Shown here: in pieces, positions 1-25,168 of the stretch | Layout: each line of letters starts with the position of its first letter | Position numbering within the stretch: position 1 is the first letter of the stretch | Assembly (NCBI GenBank): GCA_963693365.1 | Contig: CAVNZM010000011.1 | Coordinates: forward strand, 3,205,098-3,269,097 | Direction of reading: 5' to 3' | DNA length: 64,000 nucleotides | DNA from: Amoebidium appalachense | Taxonomy: Eukaryota; Protista; Ichthyosporea | Position numbers and translations under genes: made by a program | The notes under the pieces: model-generated | What the model saw: only the letters and a program-made list of their open reading frames with translations | Databases searched by the model: none | Told to the model about the DNA's origin: nothing

Positions 1-588
1 ACCATCCGAGTATCCAAACCCATCCCGTTGGATATCTTAAGTATATGTTTAGAAGCGGCTTAATACCATCGTAAGCCATGACATATGATATACACCGATG
101 TATTTTACGAATTACCAACCATATACATATGATAGTGACATTGCTGGTCTTGGGGTACATTACAACCCCCATAATACCGTCGTAGACATTTTCATAAGAG
201 CCCGTACACCACACGTATGTATATACATAGCATGTCGTGTATACATCATTACGACAGCTCTTTGCCCATCCATACGATATCCATGCATAGCCAAATAATA
301 TGTTACGAGTACCATGACCAACTAAATACAATATTACGGAATATCGTAATATACGATTACGAGCTGTCGTAATATCATAATACGAAATGTAACCACCACC
401 GTTGTGCCCCCCCCCCCCCCCCCCCCTCCCCCCTCCCCTCCCTCCCCCCCCCTCCCTCCCCCCTCCCTCCCCCCCCCCCCCCCCCCCCCCCCTTCCTTCT
501 TACCTTTCTAACTTATTTCACAATTTGTACACGAGATACCATAAAGACTGCTATGCATAGCCACGACAGACGACAGTATTTTTACTAC

Positions 589-776
589 AAGTCTCGCTCC
601 ACACAGGAGCAGAGACTTCCATTGTCCTATAAGTCTCGCTCCACAGGAGCAGAGACCGAGTTAACTTCTAAGTCTGGCTCCGCAGGAGCCGTCAACTATC
701 AAAATTTTCTAAGTCTCGCTCCTCTTGAGACAAGACACACCAATTCCCTAAGTCTCCCTCCACATGAGAAGAGACT
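589..776. repeat. Array of 5 imperfect hairpin repeats (AAGTCTCGCTCCACAGGAGCAGAGAC-like) separated by ~13-nt unique AT-rich spacers
   Basis: Units start at 589, 631, 670, 711 and 750 (period 39-42 nt). GTCTCGCTCC can pair with GGAGCAGAGAC within a unit. Confidence 0.85.
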
Positions 777-945
777 GCACTACTCTAACAAGCATTCAAA
801 CTAACATACCACCCCGTTACCCCAGGTGGCATCCATTCTCTACTATCTACTTTATCTCGCATCTCGTAACAACACTACTCTTAAGCAAACAAAAAATACC
901 AAAAAGAATCATGACAAAAAAGAAAAAAAAAGGAAAAAAAACTAC

Positions 946-1098
946 CACACAAGCACAACAGGCTGGGCTGGGGCCGCATTTTAAGGCGGCGTCTCAGGGC
1001 CTTCTCACTGATCTGCTGGCCGGGAGGGGTTGCAGTGGGGGTCGAAGGTTGCTGAGCAGGTGGGGCCCCATCGTCGGCGGGGGGGGGGGGGGGGGGGG

Positions 1099-1129
<31 letters not shown>

Positions 1130-1205
1130 AGTCTTTCTTCTTCTTCTTTTCTTCTGTGGCCTTCTTCTCGAGACGGCGGAGAATCTCCTGGTGGTTCGCC
1201 AACTC
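946..1205 (-). CDS. Isolated putative exon of an unknown charged, Pro-rich protein
   Basis: TTCTCCAG acceptor and GTAGT donor. Reads ELANHQEILRRLEKKATEEKKKKKDS-(P)n-ADDGAPPAQQPSTPTATPPGQQISEKALRRRLKMRPQ. Frame across the long C run is uncertain and no flanking exons were found. Confidence 0.45.
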
Positions 1206-1636
1206 CTGGAGAACAATGCATGTTAGTTGTGCATAAAGCAAAGTGTATTCCCCTCCACCCAAAAAGGCTAACCATCTCATCTATACAATCAACCAAACTC
1301 CTACAACATGTGTAAGTAGATGTGATAAAAAATGCTGTGAGTCCTCTCCCATGATACCAACAAAGCTCTTCATTGTGTCTGGTCGTGAGCAACACAGAAA
1401 CGAAACACGGAAACAACAGCAGCCATAGGACAAAGAGCCGGTACCCACCTATGGATGCTACTTAGTAAACATGCACAGATCAAAGCAGGCAAATCTGAAC
1501 AAAGTCAACATGATCACACATCATGAGGCCGAACAAGAGGGGGCTAACAACGAACAGGCTGTGCCGGCCCCTATCCTGCGCATGCACAGGGAGTTCAAAG
1601 AGCCATAATGCGGGCCCTACCAGAACCCTGTGAAAC

Positions 1637-1910
1637 GTGCCCAGACCCAACCCCAAGCACTATGTCCCAGTGGTGGGGGACTTTGTGCTGTGCAGAGTCG
1701 AACCCTATGCCGGCTACAACCCGAAGGGCTACCCTGAGCCTGCCAAGGTAGTAACATCGTGCCAACATGTCCCCCCCCCCCCCCCCACCCTCCCCCCCAC
1801 CACCCCCGCCTACAATCCACTCCCTTTTCCCTCCCTCCCCCCTCTACCCTCAACTCCCTTTCCCAAATCCCCTTTTTGCTTCGTTTGATCCTTGCTTCGT
1901 TGCTTCTTTC

Positions 1911-1943
<33 letters not shown>

Positions 1944-2737
1944 TCCCCCTCCCACCCCATCCCCCCCTCCCCCTTCATCCTTTTGCTCCTTTTGTTCTTT
2001 GTTGGTTGCCTTTTTTCCCTGTCTCTTCTTTTAATTTGTCTCCTCCCCCCCCCCCCCCCCTCCCCCCCCTCCCCCACACACCCACACAGTCCCCCTCCTT
2101 TGCCCCCTCCTCCCCCCTCCCTCCTTTGGCGTCATTTTCTCTTTGCTTCGTTGCTCGTTGCTTTTGTGCTCTTCTCCCCCCCCTCCCCTCCCCCCCCCCC
2201 CCCCCCCCCCTTCCCCTGCCCCTTCTCCCCCATTCTCTTTGGTTTCTTTGCTTCTCTGCATCCTTCTTTCGTTACATCCTCCCCCCCCCCCCCCCCCTCC
2301 CCCTCCCCCGGGTTTCCTCTCAACCATGCTTTTGTCCTTGTTTTTGTTCTTCACTTTTTTGTTCCCTCCCCCCTCCCCCCTCCCCCCTCCCCCCCCCCCA
2401 ACACACACACACACACCCTGCTTCTCTGCATCCTTCCTTCTCGCACCCCCCCCCCCCCCCCCCCCTCCCCCCGGGTCCCCTCTCAACCATCCTTCTGTCC
2501 TTCTTTTTGTTCTCTGCTTTTTTGTTTCCTCCCGACCATCACATCTACCTCCGTACCCACACACACCAATCCCCCCACACCTATCAAATCCACCATACCC
2601 AGCGTTTCTAGTATTACATTTTGAAAATAAACTATTAATATTATCAATCCTAACTAGCCCTCGACCCACCCCTCATCCCCCCCCCCCCCCAACCCCCCCC
2701 CCCTTATAGCTATCTACTCACCCACCCGGGACCCCCC

Positions 2738-2773
<36 letters not shown>

Positions 2774-3367
2774 TACACATACACACACGAAAAAAAACGT
2801 TGCACATCCACCCATACACAGGTCATTGGCATCCCGGAGGTGGATGCCGGTTCGGAGCCCCAGATCAAGGTGCATTGGTATAGTGCCACTAGGAAGGAGG
2901 ATCTGGCACCGGATTGCCATTTTGGGTTGATGAGGGGTCAAGGGTCCAAGAAAATTATGTCGGCGCACACAGTCCTGTATTGCTGCGAAAAAGATAAATT
3001 ATCCAAAAAGAACTGGCAGCTGAAGGCCCCGGTGCAAAACATTATGAACGAAGCCATTCAAGGTAACTTCTCACCACACACACACACATTCCCCTCCTCT
3101 GCCGTACCAGCCCCCCCCTCCCCCCTCCCCCTCCCCTTGTCCCATACCCAAAGTAGCAACAACAAATCTTTTTCTTTTTTTTTTTGGAAAAAAAAAGGAA
3201 AACACACAAACACGGGACACACACACACACAAATCCAAGTAGTCTTCACCCTGTTTTCCATCACCCTCTCACTAGGCCCACACCAATTCTTCAGAACACC
3301 CCATGTTGTTTAGCCATCACAGCCATTGGGTTTGTTTCCGCAAAATGTAAGGGTGCTTGAGTGTGCT

Positions 3368-3405
<38 letters not shown>

Positions 3406-4173
3406 ATTTACCCAGTCGTACCCGTGTCCGTCACACACATTTAGAACTGAAGTCCCTGGAAAAGGCGGGAAAAAAAAAAGAGAAAAAAATAGAAGAAAAA
3501 AAGAAAAAAAGAAAAAAAAACACTAAACTAAGCAGAGTTTTCCGTTTTTTTTTTCGCTCTTCCCCCCCACCCCCCCTCCCCACCCCACTCGCCCACACTC
3601 CCCCCCTCCCCCCCCCCCCCCCCCTCCTCTCCTTGCCATTTCTTCTTACCCTACCCAACATAAACACACACACACATACACACACACAAACACACACAGA
3701 CACGCACACACACACACACAGACACACACACACAAGTGAACTAAACGGAGTAGAAGTTCCCGTCTTTTCCAACACTCTTCGCTCTCTTCCACCCTCATTT
3801 GTCCCCGCACCACAAGTTTTTTATCATATTACATAAGAACAGATATAAAAGGAAAAAATGCCAATAAAGAGGTTTTGACAAAGTGTGTGACAACCTATAC
3901 CGTATGGCAAGATTTGCTAACTTGTTACCATTGGTGTGAACAGAGACACCACCTGCACCCGAGGATGACTGCGGTGAAGAAGAGGGTTCGGAGGAGGAGG
4001 AGGAGGAGGAGGAGGAGGAAGAGGAGGAGGAGGAGGAGGAGGAGGAGGAGGACAACGACGAGGACGATGAGAACGAGGAGGAGGTGGAGGAGGACAAAAA
4101 TCACCCCGGAGCAGAAGGTTTGGATTTGAATTCCTGTCACTCAAGTGACTGTTTTACTCTTTCGCATACCCCC

Positions 4174-4204
<31 letters not shown>

Positions 4205-4618
4205 ACACACACATCCCCCCCTCCCCCCCCCCCCCCCCCTGCCCCAAAACCCCCCACCCCCACCACCACCCCCACCCCACTCCCCTCCGCAACGGCACAC
4301 ACATACATACACTGGTCCACCCGCTAAACGTAACAAAAACAACTACAACCAACTATTTGTCTGACATTATGTTCCAGAACTGTACCCCCCCCCCTCCAAG
4401 CTTGCATGGGGGGGAAAAACACGAGATGTTTATGGCTAGGTTAGTTCATACCTCTTTCCTTGACCCCCCCCCCCCTACACCCCCACCTAGAATATTGCTG
4501 TACAATACTCTCTTTCCTAGATGTCCCTCATCTTCACCCAACCTATTCTTTCCGCCCTTTACTCGGCACTCTCATAATTTGTTTCAAGTGGAATTAATGA
4601 TGCACCAATAATATTGTG

Positions 4619-4654
<36 letters not shown>

Positions 4655-6171
4655 CCCCACCCCCACCCCACCCCCACCCCCACCCCACCCCACCTGAAAA
4701 TACGCTTCGGTCTGATGATATATGTAAGCTCTTTTGTCCCCCCCCCCCCCCCCCCCCCTTCCCCACACACACACACACACACACACGCACACACCACCAC
4801 CACCACCACCACTACCAACCCACCGTTGCCCTCGCCTGTTTCACACATACACTTCCCTCTTATGCCATCCCATCTCCCCCTCACTTTGCCTTCGAGTTTT
4901 CTTTGCTTTCAAAAATAAGAACAAAAAGGGAAAATAAAGAGTGAATGATGGGAAAAAACCATAGAAGTTTTTCAATGACTGGGTCCTTTGCTCTGCAGAT
5001 ACCACTACTGGTGACGGCAACAGTGCTGAGCTGTCCAATGCAAGGGGCAACAAACGGCACCGTGAACAGGAGACCATTGAACGTGCCGGTATATTACACC
5101 CCTCCCCTACCCCCGCCCCCTTCCCACATCCCAACCCCCCCCTCCCCCCCCCCCCAACACACACACGCACATGCACACAGAAACACACACAAACACACAC
5201 ACGTGCACGCGCACACATACACACACACAAACACACACAAATCCTCCTGCCCGTCCCCCCCCCCCCCAACCTCCCGGGGCACCCTCCACTCACCCAGTAG
5301 TCTCGTTTTCTCTCTTCACCCTCCCACACAATCATATCCCCCCCCCCCCCCCCCCCCCCTCCTGTCCGACACATGATTTTGGTTCAATGATATAACCCAC
5401 TAATTTCAAACCCCCCCCCCCACCCCCCCACCCCCCCAAACACATACACACCGAACTTCCTTATGCCATCCACATCCGTCTCAAGCTATCAAAGTAACTT
5501 CCAGACTATCTTTCCTTTCCAATTGCATTTTCATTTCATTTTATGTTCTTTAAGAAAGCCTGAGAAGTTGTTCAATTACTGGGTCCTTTGCTCTGCAGAT
5601 ACCACTTCTGGTGACGGCAACAGTGCTGAGCTGTCCAATGCAAGGGGCAACAAACGGCACCGTGAAATGGAGGAACCGGCCGGTAATTTATCCCCCCCCC
5701 CCCCCCTCCCTCCCCCTCCCCCAGCCCACCATCCACCCTCTTCTTTTCACCAAACTTAACCGCCAACCCTTTACTTCGTTAGCTTACCCGCTCCCCCCCC
5801 CCCTCCCCCCTCCCCCCGCTCCCCCCCCGTCCCCCCCTCGACCCCCACCCCCTACCTCCCCCCTCCCACCCCAGCCGTCTCCCCAATCCTAAATATGTGG
5901 CTTTATCCTCACATGTTTGGACATATATACCCCTTCCCCCTCCCCCTTCCTTCCTCTCCCCACTTCCCCCCACCCACACCCTTTCTTTCCCCTCTCCCCC
6001 CTCATCTTCTCTCCCTCCCATGTGCCTCCTCTGCCCCTCTCACCACATACACACACCCCGATTTCCACACTATACAAACCCACCTTCCTTTTACCTTAAA
6101 ACTAAGTCTTTAAAAAAACACGTGGCTGCAAAAATAGCTTTTTTTCTTTGCCCACCCACCTCCGTCCCCCC

Positions 6172-6212
<41 letters not shown>

Positions 6213-6507
6213 CCCCCCCCCCCCCCCCCCTTCCCCCCTCTCCCCCTCTCCCCTCCCCCCCTCTCTCTCACGGTATGACCACCAGCAAGACAGATACACT
6301 TGGTTCCATGTGTTGGAATGCAGTCTAACAAGTCCTCCCCCCCCCCCCCCCCTCCTCCTCCTCCCCCAGTGCCAGCAAAAAAGAGCCGCAATGAGCAAGC
6401 CCGTGCACAGCCCGTCAATCAATCGAGGAGGCCTGCCAGGCAAACTAAGCGTAGGACCCGGCACGAGCCAAACGAGTCTTCGGATGATGACGTACCTCTG
6501 GTCCAAA
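1637..6507 (+). pseudogene. Multi-exon gene, disrupted at its 5' end: BAH/Tudor-like beta domain, poly-Glu tract, basic low-complexity region
   Basis: Phase-consistent exons ~1637-1747, 2822-3062, 3944-4117, 4999-5088, 5599-5682 and 6370-6507. Peptide VVGDFVLCRVEPY..PAKVIG..QIKVHWYS. Upstream coding-like sequence (1430-1636) has stops and a frame break. The 3' end is unresolved. Confidence 0.6.
4971..5682 (+). repeat. Tandem duplication of an exon plus its acceptor, offset exactly 600 bp
   Basis: CTGGGTCCTTTGCTCTGCAG|ATACCACT(A/T)CTGGTGACGGCAACAGTGCTGAGCTGTCCAATGCAAGGGGCAACAAACGGCACCGTGAA occurs at ~4979 and ~5579. Confidence 0.95.
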
Positions 6508-6512
6508 GTAAG

Positions 6513-6543
<31 letters not shown>

Positions 6544-7902
6544 ACCCACACACACACACACACACACATACATACACACTGCCACACACATACACACTCA
6601 AACCACCTACTCCCCCCCTCCCCCCTACTCCAACCCCAAAAGAGGAGTTATACCACACCCTAAACCCCATTTCCGTTACCCCCTCCCCCCCCCCCCCCCC
6701 CCCCCTCTTCCGAGCAACCCCCCTTCTTACCCCTGAATCACATCCACCACCCAAGCATTGTTACGACTCCCACTTCTTGCACCCACTGTTGATTTTTTAC
6801 CCTAACCGTTTGTTTCTATAAGTTGTTCTTTCCGAGTTATTCTTCAGTGGGAACAGGTGGCGGTGGTGGTGCTGGTGGTGGTGCAGGTGGTGGTGGTGCA
6901 GGTGGTGTGGGTGTGTGTTTGTGTGTATGTATGTGGGTGTGTGGGTGTGTGTGTGTGTGTGTATGTGGGTGTGTGGGTGGGTGGGTGTGTGACACTGTGT
7001 GTGGCCGTGTGTGCGTTTGTGTGTGTGTGTGTGTGTGTGTGGGCGTGTGTGTGGAGGGCTGGGGGGGAGGAAAGGGGGAGCTGCATACATTCAGCGTTAC
7101 TTTGAAGGAATGGCTAAACGCAAAGCAATATGTGCAAAGTCAGATAATTAACGGCACTTGTGTTTCCAACAGTGACATCAAAGTCAAAACCCACGGGCAA
7201 GAACTCGGAGCCCCCAGCAGACAAGGGAGCACCTATCCTAGAAATCCGTGATTGAATGCAACATGGGGGCCACGGGCTCCGCAATCGGTCATACTGCAAC
7301 ACGCTATAATGCTTGGAATGGTTTTGATTGACCTTTTCTCTCTCTCTTTCTCTCTCTCTTTTTTTATTATGAATTTCCGCTTTCTTTCTGTTTCTTTCAA
7401 GGGTGCTTTAGGCATATGTTATATTTTCTTTTGTTTCTTTCGACTGATAGTGTTTGTGATTAGGTCTTTTTGCCATCCCTACCCGAATTGAAATCTAGAG
7501 TCAAAGACTTCTTACGTTATAGCCCTAAAAAATCAGTGTTATGGACATTATATATTGAATGTTAGTACCATAAGCAACCCTCCCCCCCCCCCCCCCCCCC
7601 CCAACCCCCCCCCCCCCTCATACAAACACACAACCATCAAACATTGTTTGCACCGGGGGGGGGGGGGGGGGGGGGGGGGGTCTCTCATAGTTCTGATACG
7701 TTTGTCGGGAAACAAAAAAACCGGATGCTGCAGTCATTTCTGATCACTCAATATATGTAGGGAACATTCCCGTTTTTGTGGTCTATTTTCTTTACACGAA
7801 GCGAAACAATTCTCTTGAAAGTCGGACCGGGTGTGGGATAAGGTGACTGTAAATATGGTACGGGTGAAAGAGAGTGCGTACACTGTGAGTTCGATAACAC
7901 TA

Positions 7903-8027
<125 letters not shown>

Positions 8028-8410
8028 TGCGACACTGTTTTTACCTGAAGAGTTCGTACGGGTACCGGTCCCCTGGCTAAGCTGACTAAGCTGACTGTTT
8101 TTGCTTCTAATTAGTTTTTGCTCTGTGCTTTGCATGCTTGCCTCAGAGAAGTCGGCTCGATTTGTAGTATTGGTTGCGTGCATGTGCACCAGCTTGGTGG
8201 AAGAAAGGAACGGAGGAGGGGGGTGGACGGGGAGGGAGTGGATGGAAGAGAAAGGAGAGAGGGAAGTTGTAGAACTTAGATTCTTTTTAAAGACATCGGT
8301 TTTTCCTCTTTTTTTACCTTTCGTTTCTCACTTTCGTTTCTCACTTTCGTTTCGCTATCTCTCTTTCTCCCGACCTGATTTTTTTCGTTTTCTTTTCCTT
8401 TTCCACCTCT

Positions 8411-8441
<31 letters not shown>

Positions 8442-8525
8442 CTCCCTATGTTTTTTTCGTTATTTTTTTCCCCAATGGAACGGAAGGGACCACACGTCGG
8501 TCGTTAGGGTTTTTTTTTTCGATTT

Positions 8526-8618
<93 letters not shown>

Positions 8619-9210
8619 AAGGAACGGCGAGAACCGGACGCCGGTCGTTCGGTTTTTTTATTTTATTTTTTTTTATTGAGAAGACGATCGTCTTACTGTA
8701 CAAGTCTTGTGAAACTGTTTTCGATTTATTTCAAGACTCAATAAAACAGCGTGTGTCCTGTGGGCAAAAAATGGGTCAACCATACAACTCGTGTACAGTG
8801 CTTTTTTCTGATCCTCGAGAAAAAAATAGAAGTGCGTTTGAGAATCAATCAATAAATAAATAAATAAATTAGTAAAAATGATCGGTGTCTAAGGCCATAA
8901 ACACCTGTCCCAATGCCTTTTCGGATATCAAAATTAATATAAATCCGACGTGCCGTGACCATCCGATACCCGTAAAAACAATTTTCCACTTGTAAACTTG
9001 ACGTTTGTTCCCATTATTTGTTTATTGTACTTGGTGTCAGGATACTAATGAATGTCCCCTGTCCCCTCCCTCTTCCCTACCACCCCGCTTTACTTAGCTA
9101 ATGGTTATGTGCTTCGTACTTTATAAATAGGTATTCTAACACCCCATCCCCCCCCCCCCCCCCCCCCCCCCCTCCCCCCCCCCCCCCCCCCCCCTCCCCC
9201 CCTCTTCCAG

Positions 9211-9353
9211 GCTGCCGGTGCGGTAAACGGACTTCTAGCTGACGGTTCACAGGGCTCGACCCGTGAGGGGTCCTTCCCCCGACCCGGCTCACGAACCTCC
9301 ATGGGATCCAACCAGGCACAGAGGCAGCAACAGCAGGTAGTGCCCCCCCCCAG

Positions 9354-9404
<51 letters not shown>

Positions 9405-9508
9405 CCCCAAACACACACACAAAAAAGGAAAAGCATCACCGTCACAACCCCCCACCTCCTGCCCACATGACAATCTCCTCCTCCTCCCCCCTCCCCCCCC
9501 CCCCCCCC

Positions 9509-9559
<51 letters not shown>

Positions 9560-10241
9560 CCCGTCCCCTCTTCTCGTATTCTTCGCATGTACATACGTCA
9601 GTTCACATCCTTACTGCCTAACTGTGGTGCCACACAGCCCACATATCACAAGGCACGGCATGGACTCCATCGTTCTTAGTGTATTCCCTTTCCGCCTCCC
9701 CTCCACTTTCCTCGTCAAAAACTGCACCCTTTCTGCATCGTCTCAGGCACACAGCCCCCCTGTAGACACTTAAACAAACAAAACTCAACTGCGTTCTCAC
9801 GTGTAACCCGACAGGGCTGGGGGGAGAACTGGGACGAGTGGGAGGATGGCGGTGTGGGCAGTCCCAAGGTGGTGGGGGGGCCTATGTCTCCGGCCTCCCA
9901 ACCGTGACGGGGGGGAGGATGGCTGGAGCAGCCCCCGGACCACCGCAAACACCGAGTCCAAGCGAACAAGCGGGTTGAACCTGGCCTCCCCTGCAGCCCG
10001 AACCGGCGTATCGTCACCGGCTCGAACCGGATATGGCACACGCGATGGTGGCAGTGGCGGCAGCAAGTTGGCACAGACCGGTTCAGGAAAGAACGACACG
10101 TGGGGGGATAACTTGGAGGATGAGGGGTGGGACACAAAGCCTGCCTCCGGCAAACCAAAGGGGGGTGACTGGAATAGTGTGGATTGGGAGGAGGAGGGGT
10201 GGGCTCAGTCACCGTCAGCAAGGAATCGGAAGAAGGATTAG
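9211..10241 (+). CDS. 3' exons of an unknown protein with an acidic Trp-motif disordered tail
   Basis: Exons 9211-9336 and 9815-10241. Motifs GWGENWDEWEDGG, DTWGDNLEDEGWD and DWNSVDWEEEGW, ending RNRKKD*. One frame correction is needed near the G7 run at 9874-9880. 5' exons were not identified. Confidence 0.55.
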
Positions 10242-10462
10242 TTGTGAACTCCAGAGATGGGCGTGGGCCACGTCTCGTGTTACCACCGTTTGCACATGGC
10301 ACACATGGTCACCGTCACCACATGGACACGTGCGCAAAGATCTGCCATATGTGCCCACGTAACAGTTTGAAGTAGGCGTATGCGCGATACACACTTACAA
10401 AAACAATTGTATAAAGGCATAGCAGGGGCAGCCACGTGAAATGGCACATGCTTTCGTGATGC

Positions 10463-10504
<42 letters not shown>

Positions 10505-11169
10505 ACGTATTTCCCTACACTTACTCACGTGGCCATACGTGTCCATGCGTGTCCACACGTACTCGCTTGCAGACACGTGTACACATACGTGCGGACACAC
10601 AGTGGTACATCACACAGTGCACACTTGCACACACCTGCGCACCACACACACAGACACACACAGGACATCACTCAGCGACACACCTGTAAAACTAGAACAC
10701 ACATCTCAAACGGGTATTGGTGTACTAGAGTTGTATTTCACTGAAGGCGTTCTATTCACAAAGCTGTGTTTCATACGTATGCAATAGGTCAAGCTAGTTG
10801 TCTGTTTATAAATCATTAGGTCTGAACAACTCAGGTTGTAGAATCAATAAACAAAAAACAAAAATGCCTCAGTTCCGACCGGCAGGCCTTGGCTTCCTGC
10901 GGCGACCGGGCCGACCACACTCAGTTCATAGTACACTGACGGGTCAATTCGGGCCAACCCAGAGATCGGATTATGCTGCAGTGGGCTGTTAATCACCCTA
11001 CCCACTTCTCCCTTTTTCTGCACTCACCCTAAGGGCTCTTGAATTTGCTAGTGTTACACTTATGTTTTGCTACGCGCCTCTATCCAGTGTGCAATAATAA
11101 TGGAACATTGCAACTGCTAATCGTGGGTCTGCGACTCGACTCGCTTTGTGAATCGACCCGCCACATGCA

Positions 11170-11290
11170 GCCACTAGCCAATCAAAAGCGTTCGCGCGGT
11201 TTTGGTCCAAACACCGCTTTGATTGGTTGGGCGTGGCGCTTCTTCAATGCAGCGCACCAATCAACGCCCGGCACAAATTTGATAACACAC
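11170..11290 (+). promoter_or_regulatory. Putative MCM6 promoter with three CCAAT boxes and an E2F-like site
   Basis: CCAAT at 11178, ATTGG at 11222, CCAAT at 11257 and TTCGCGCGG at 11191, about 280-360 nt upstream of the ATG in a CpG-rich, repeat-free stretch. Confidence 0.55.
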
Positions 11291-11540
11291 TGTCAGCGTG
11301 CAAAAACAAAACAAAACACAAGTGCAAGACAGAACTCGGAGGCTTCACAAGCAGCCGCAGATAATCTGGTCAAAAAGGCTTTCACGGCGCTTTTAACACC
11401 ATACCGTTTAGAACAGTAGCATCTCTTAATTGCATTCAAATAAGAGGACAGCTAGTTTTTCTCCTTCGCTCGTTTCCAACTAAAGCGCAGCGCTTTCTCT
11501 CCGCAACACACCCCCTTTAGGCAGCAGGCAGGCAGTGAGC

Positions 11541-23608
<12,068 letters not shown>

Positions 23609-24868
23609 GCTAGATTCACCTGCCACCTACACACACACACACACACACACGCTATTCACGTTGGGAAGCTGGACAAATGGCGTTTTCCATGTTAAATTGG
23701 AAGTGTTCTCTGAGAAGTGCAAAAATATAACTTACCACAGTTAACAATAGCGACCAATAGGTAAATTCTGTATGTAGTGCGCTACAAATTGCCCATGCGG
23801 GGTTTAGAGTTTTCACGCAGGCGGTGATAGATAATGAAGCCTGCTAGACTATCTGACACCTAATATTTTTGGATAGTCGTGGTTATATACCTTCGGCTTA
23901 AGAGCTTTTACATGGTTTATGTATATCCCAGATATACCCCTTTCTAAATTTTTAATGCGTTGTTACTTGATTTTTTAGCTAGACGGACGCACGGCCTAGG
24001 TGACCTGCCTTCTAGGTGTGTACCACTCGTGCTACTGATCACGAGATATTTGTTTTGGATATCTCAAGAATCATGAACTAATAGTTGCTGCACGTTGAAT
24101 TTCATCGAATATATCTCGCACATATATATATCTGTGGGCGCTCATATGGCACCCTTTGTTATCCACCACCGAATAGATTGCTGGAACCACTGAGATCCGG
24201 CTCTGAATGAAATCCGAAGCTGTACGTTGCAGCCTTGCAACAAAAGCCTTGAACCTGGGGAACATGATACAATGTTGGGAAAATGTAATGTTCATAGTGC
24301 ATGCATGCGATATACGCATGTTCCTCGAGCTCTTCCGACATGAAAGTTTATGAAACATGGTCAAGAACTTCGAGTACGTACATGTTACCTCACACACACG
24401 TACAGCGTCGCCCACATGCACACATGGACAGACTCGCACACGCACACACATGGCATGTGCACATGCACGCACGCACGCACAAACCACACATGTACGTGTA
24501 CACATACAGGTGCACACAACGTGTACACACACCTCGTGTGTTCATGTGTACATGTACACAAACACGCACGTGTACTCGTGTCCGTGTACATGTCACACAC
24601 GCACGCGCGCACGCCCACACACACCAACACACACGCACACACACCGTGGCACACCCACACACGTCACAGACGTCGACATATCATGCCATCCCACTGTGGC
24701 AGTGGTGGTCGTGGACACTACAGGAGTCATTCAGGATTAAGATAATTGACCTATAAGATAACTGGTACTAATTTTTTTGGAAAAAATTAAAATAGCTAGG
24801 GCACCCTAAGGCCAAGGAAAAATAAGAAAACCGGGAGCTCATGACCATTGGGGGAAGGGGAAGGGAAG

Positions 24869-24909
<41 letters not shown>

Positions 24910-25137
24910 TTTAGAGGGGAATTGTGGCTTCTTACCTCTAGTAATACTATTATTATCAGGCTTTGCCCAGGAAAAGCCGGCCCTTATGTGTATAGATCAT
25001 ATCAGAGTACTAGCTTGAACTCCTCCGGAAGCTTGTGCTTTGTTACCAATCTACCGTACGAAAAAATCAATGGCATGTGTGTGTGTGTGTGTCTGTGTAC
25101 ATGTGTGTGTACATTTGTGTGTGTGTGTTGTGCCACG

Positions 25138-25168
<31 letters not shown>

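Noticed and set aside
589-776. True CRISPR array
   Set aside because: Eukaryotic context, ~13-nt spacers, degenerate repeats and no cas genes. Kept only as a repeat finding.
6848-7251. Terminal exons for the 1637-6507 gene
   Set aside because: Several acceptors and frames are possible and none is distinguishable without transcripts.
9098-9130. Hydrophobic mini-exon LMVMCFVLYK upstream of the Trp-motif tail, suggesting TAG read-through or an alternative code
   Set aside because: An in-frame TAG precedes the donor, and MCM6, the DGK fragment and the IMP-like gene all end normally at TAG, so the standard code applies.
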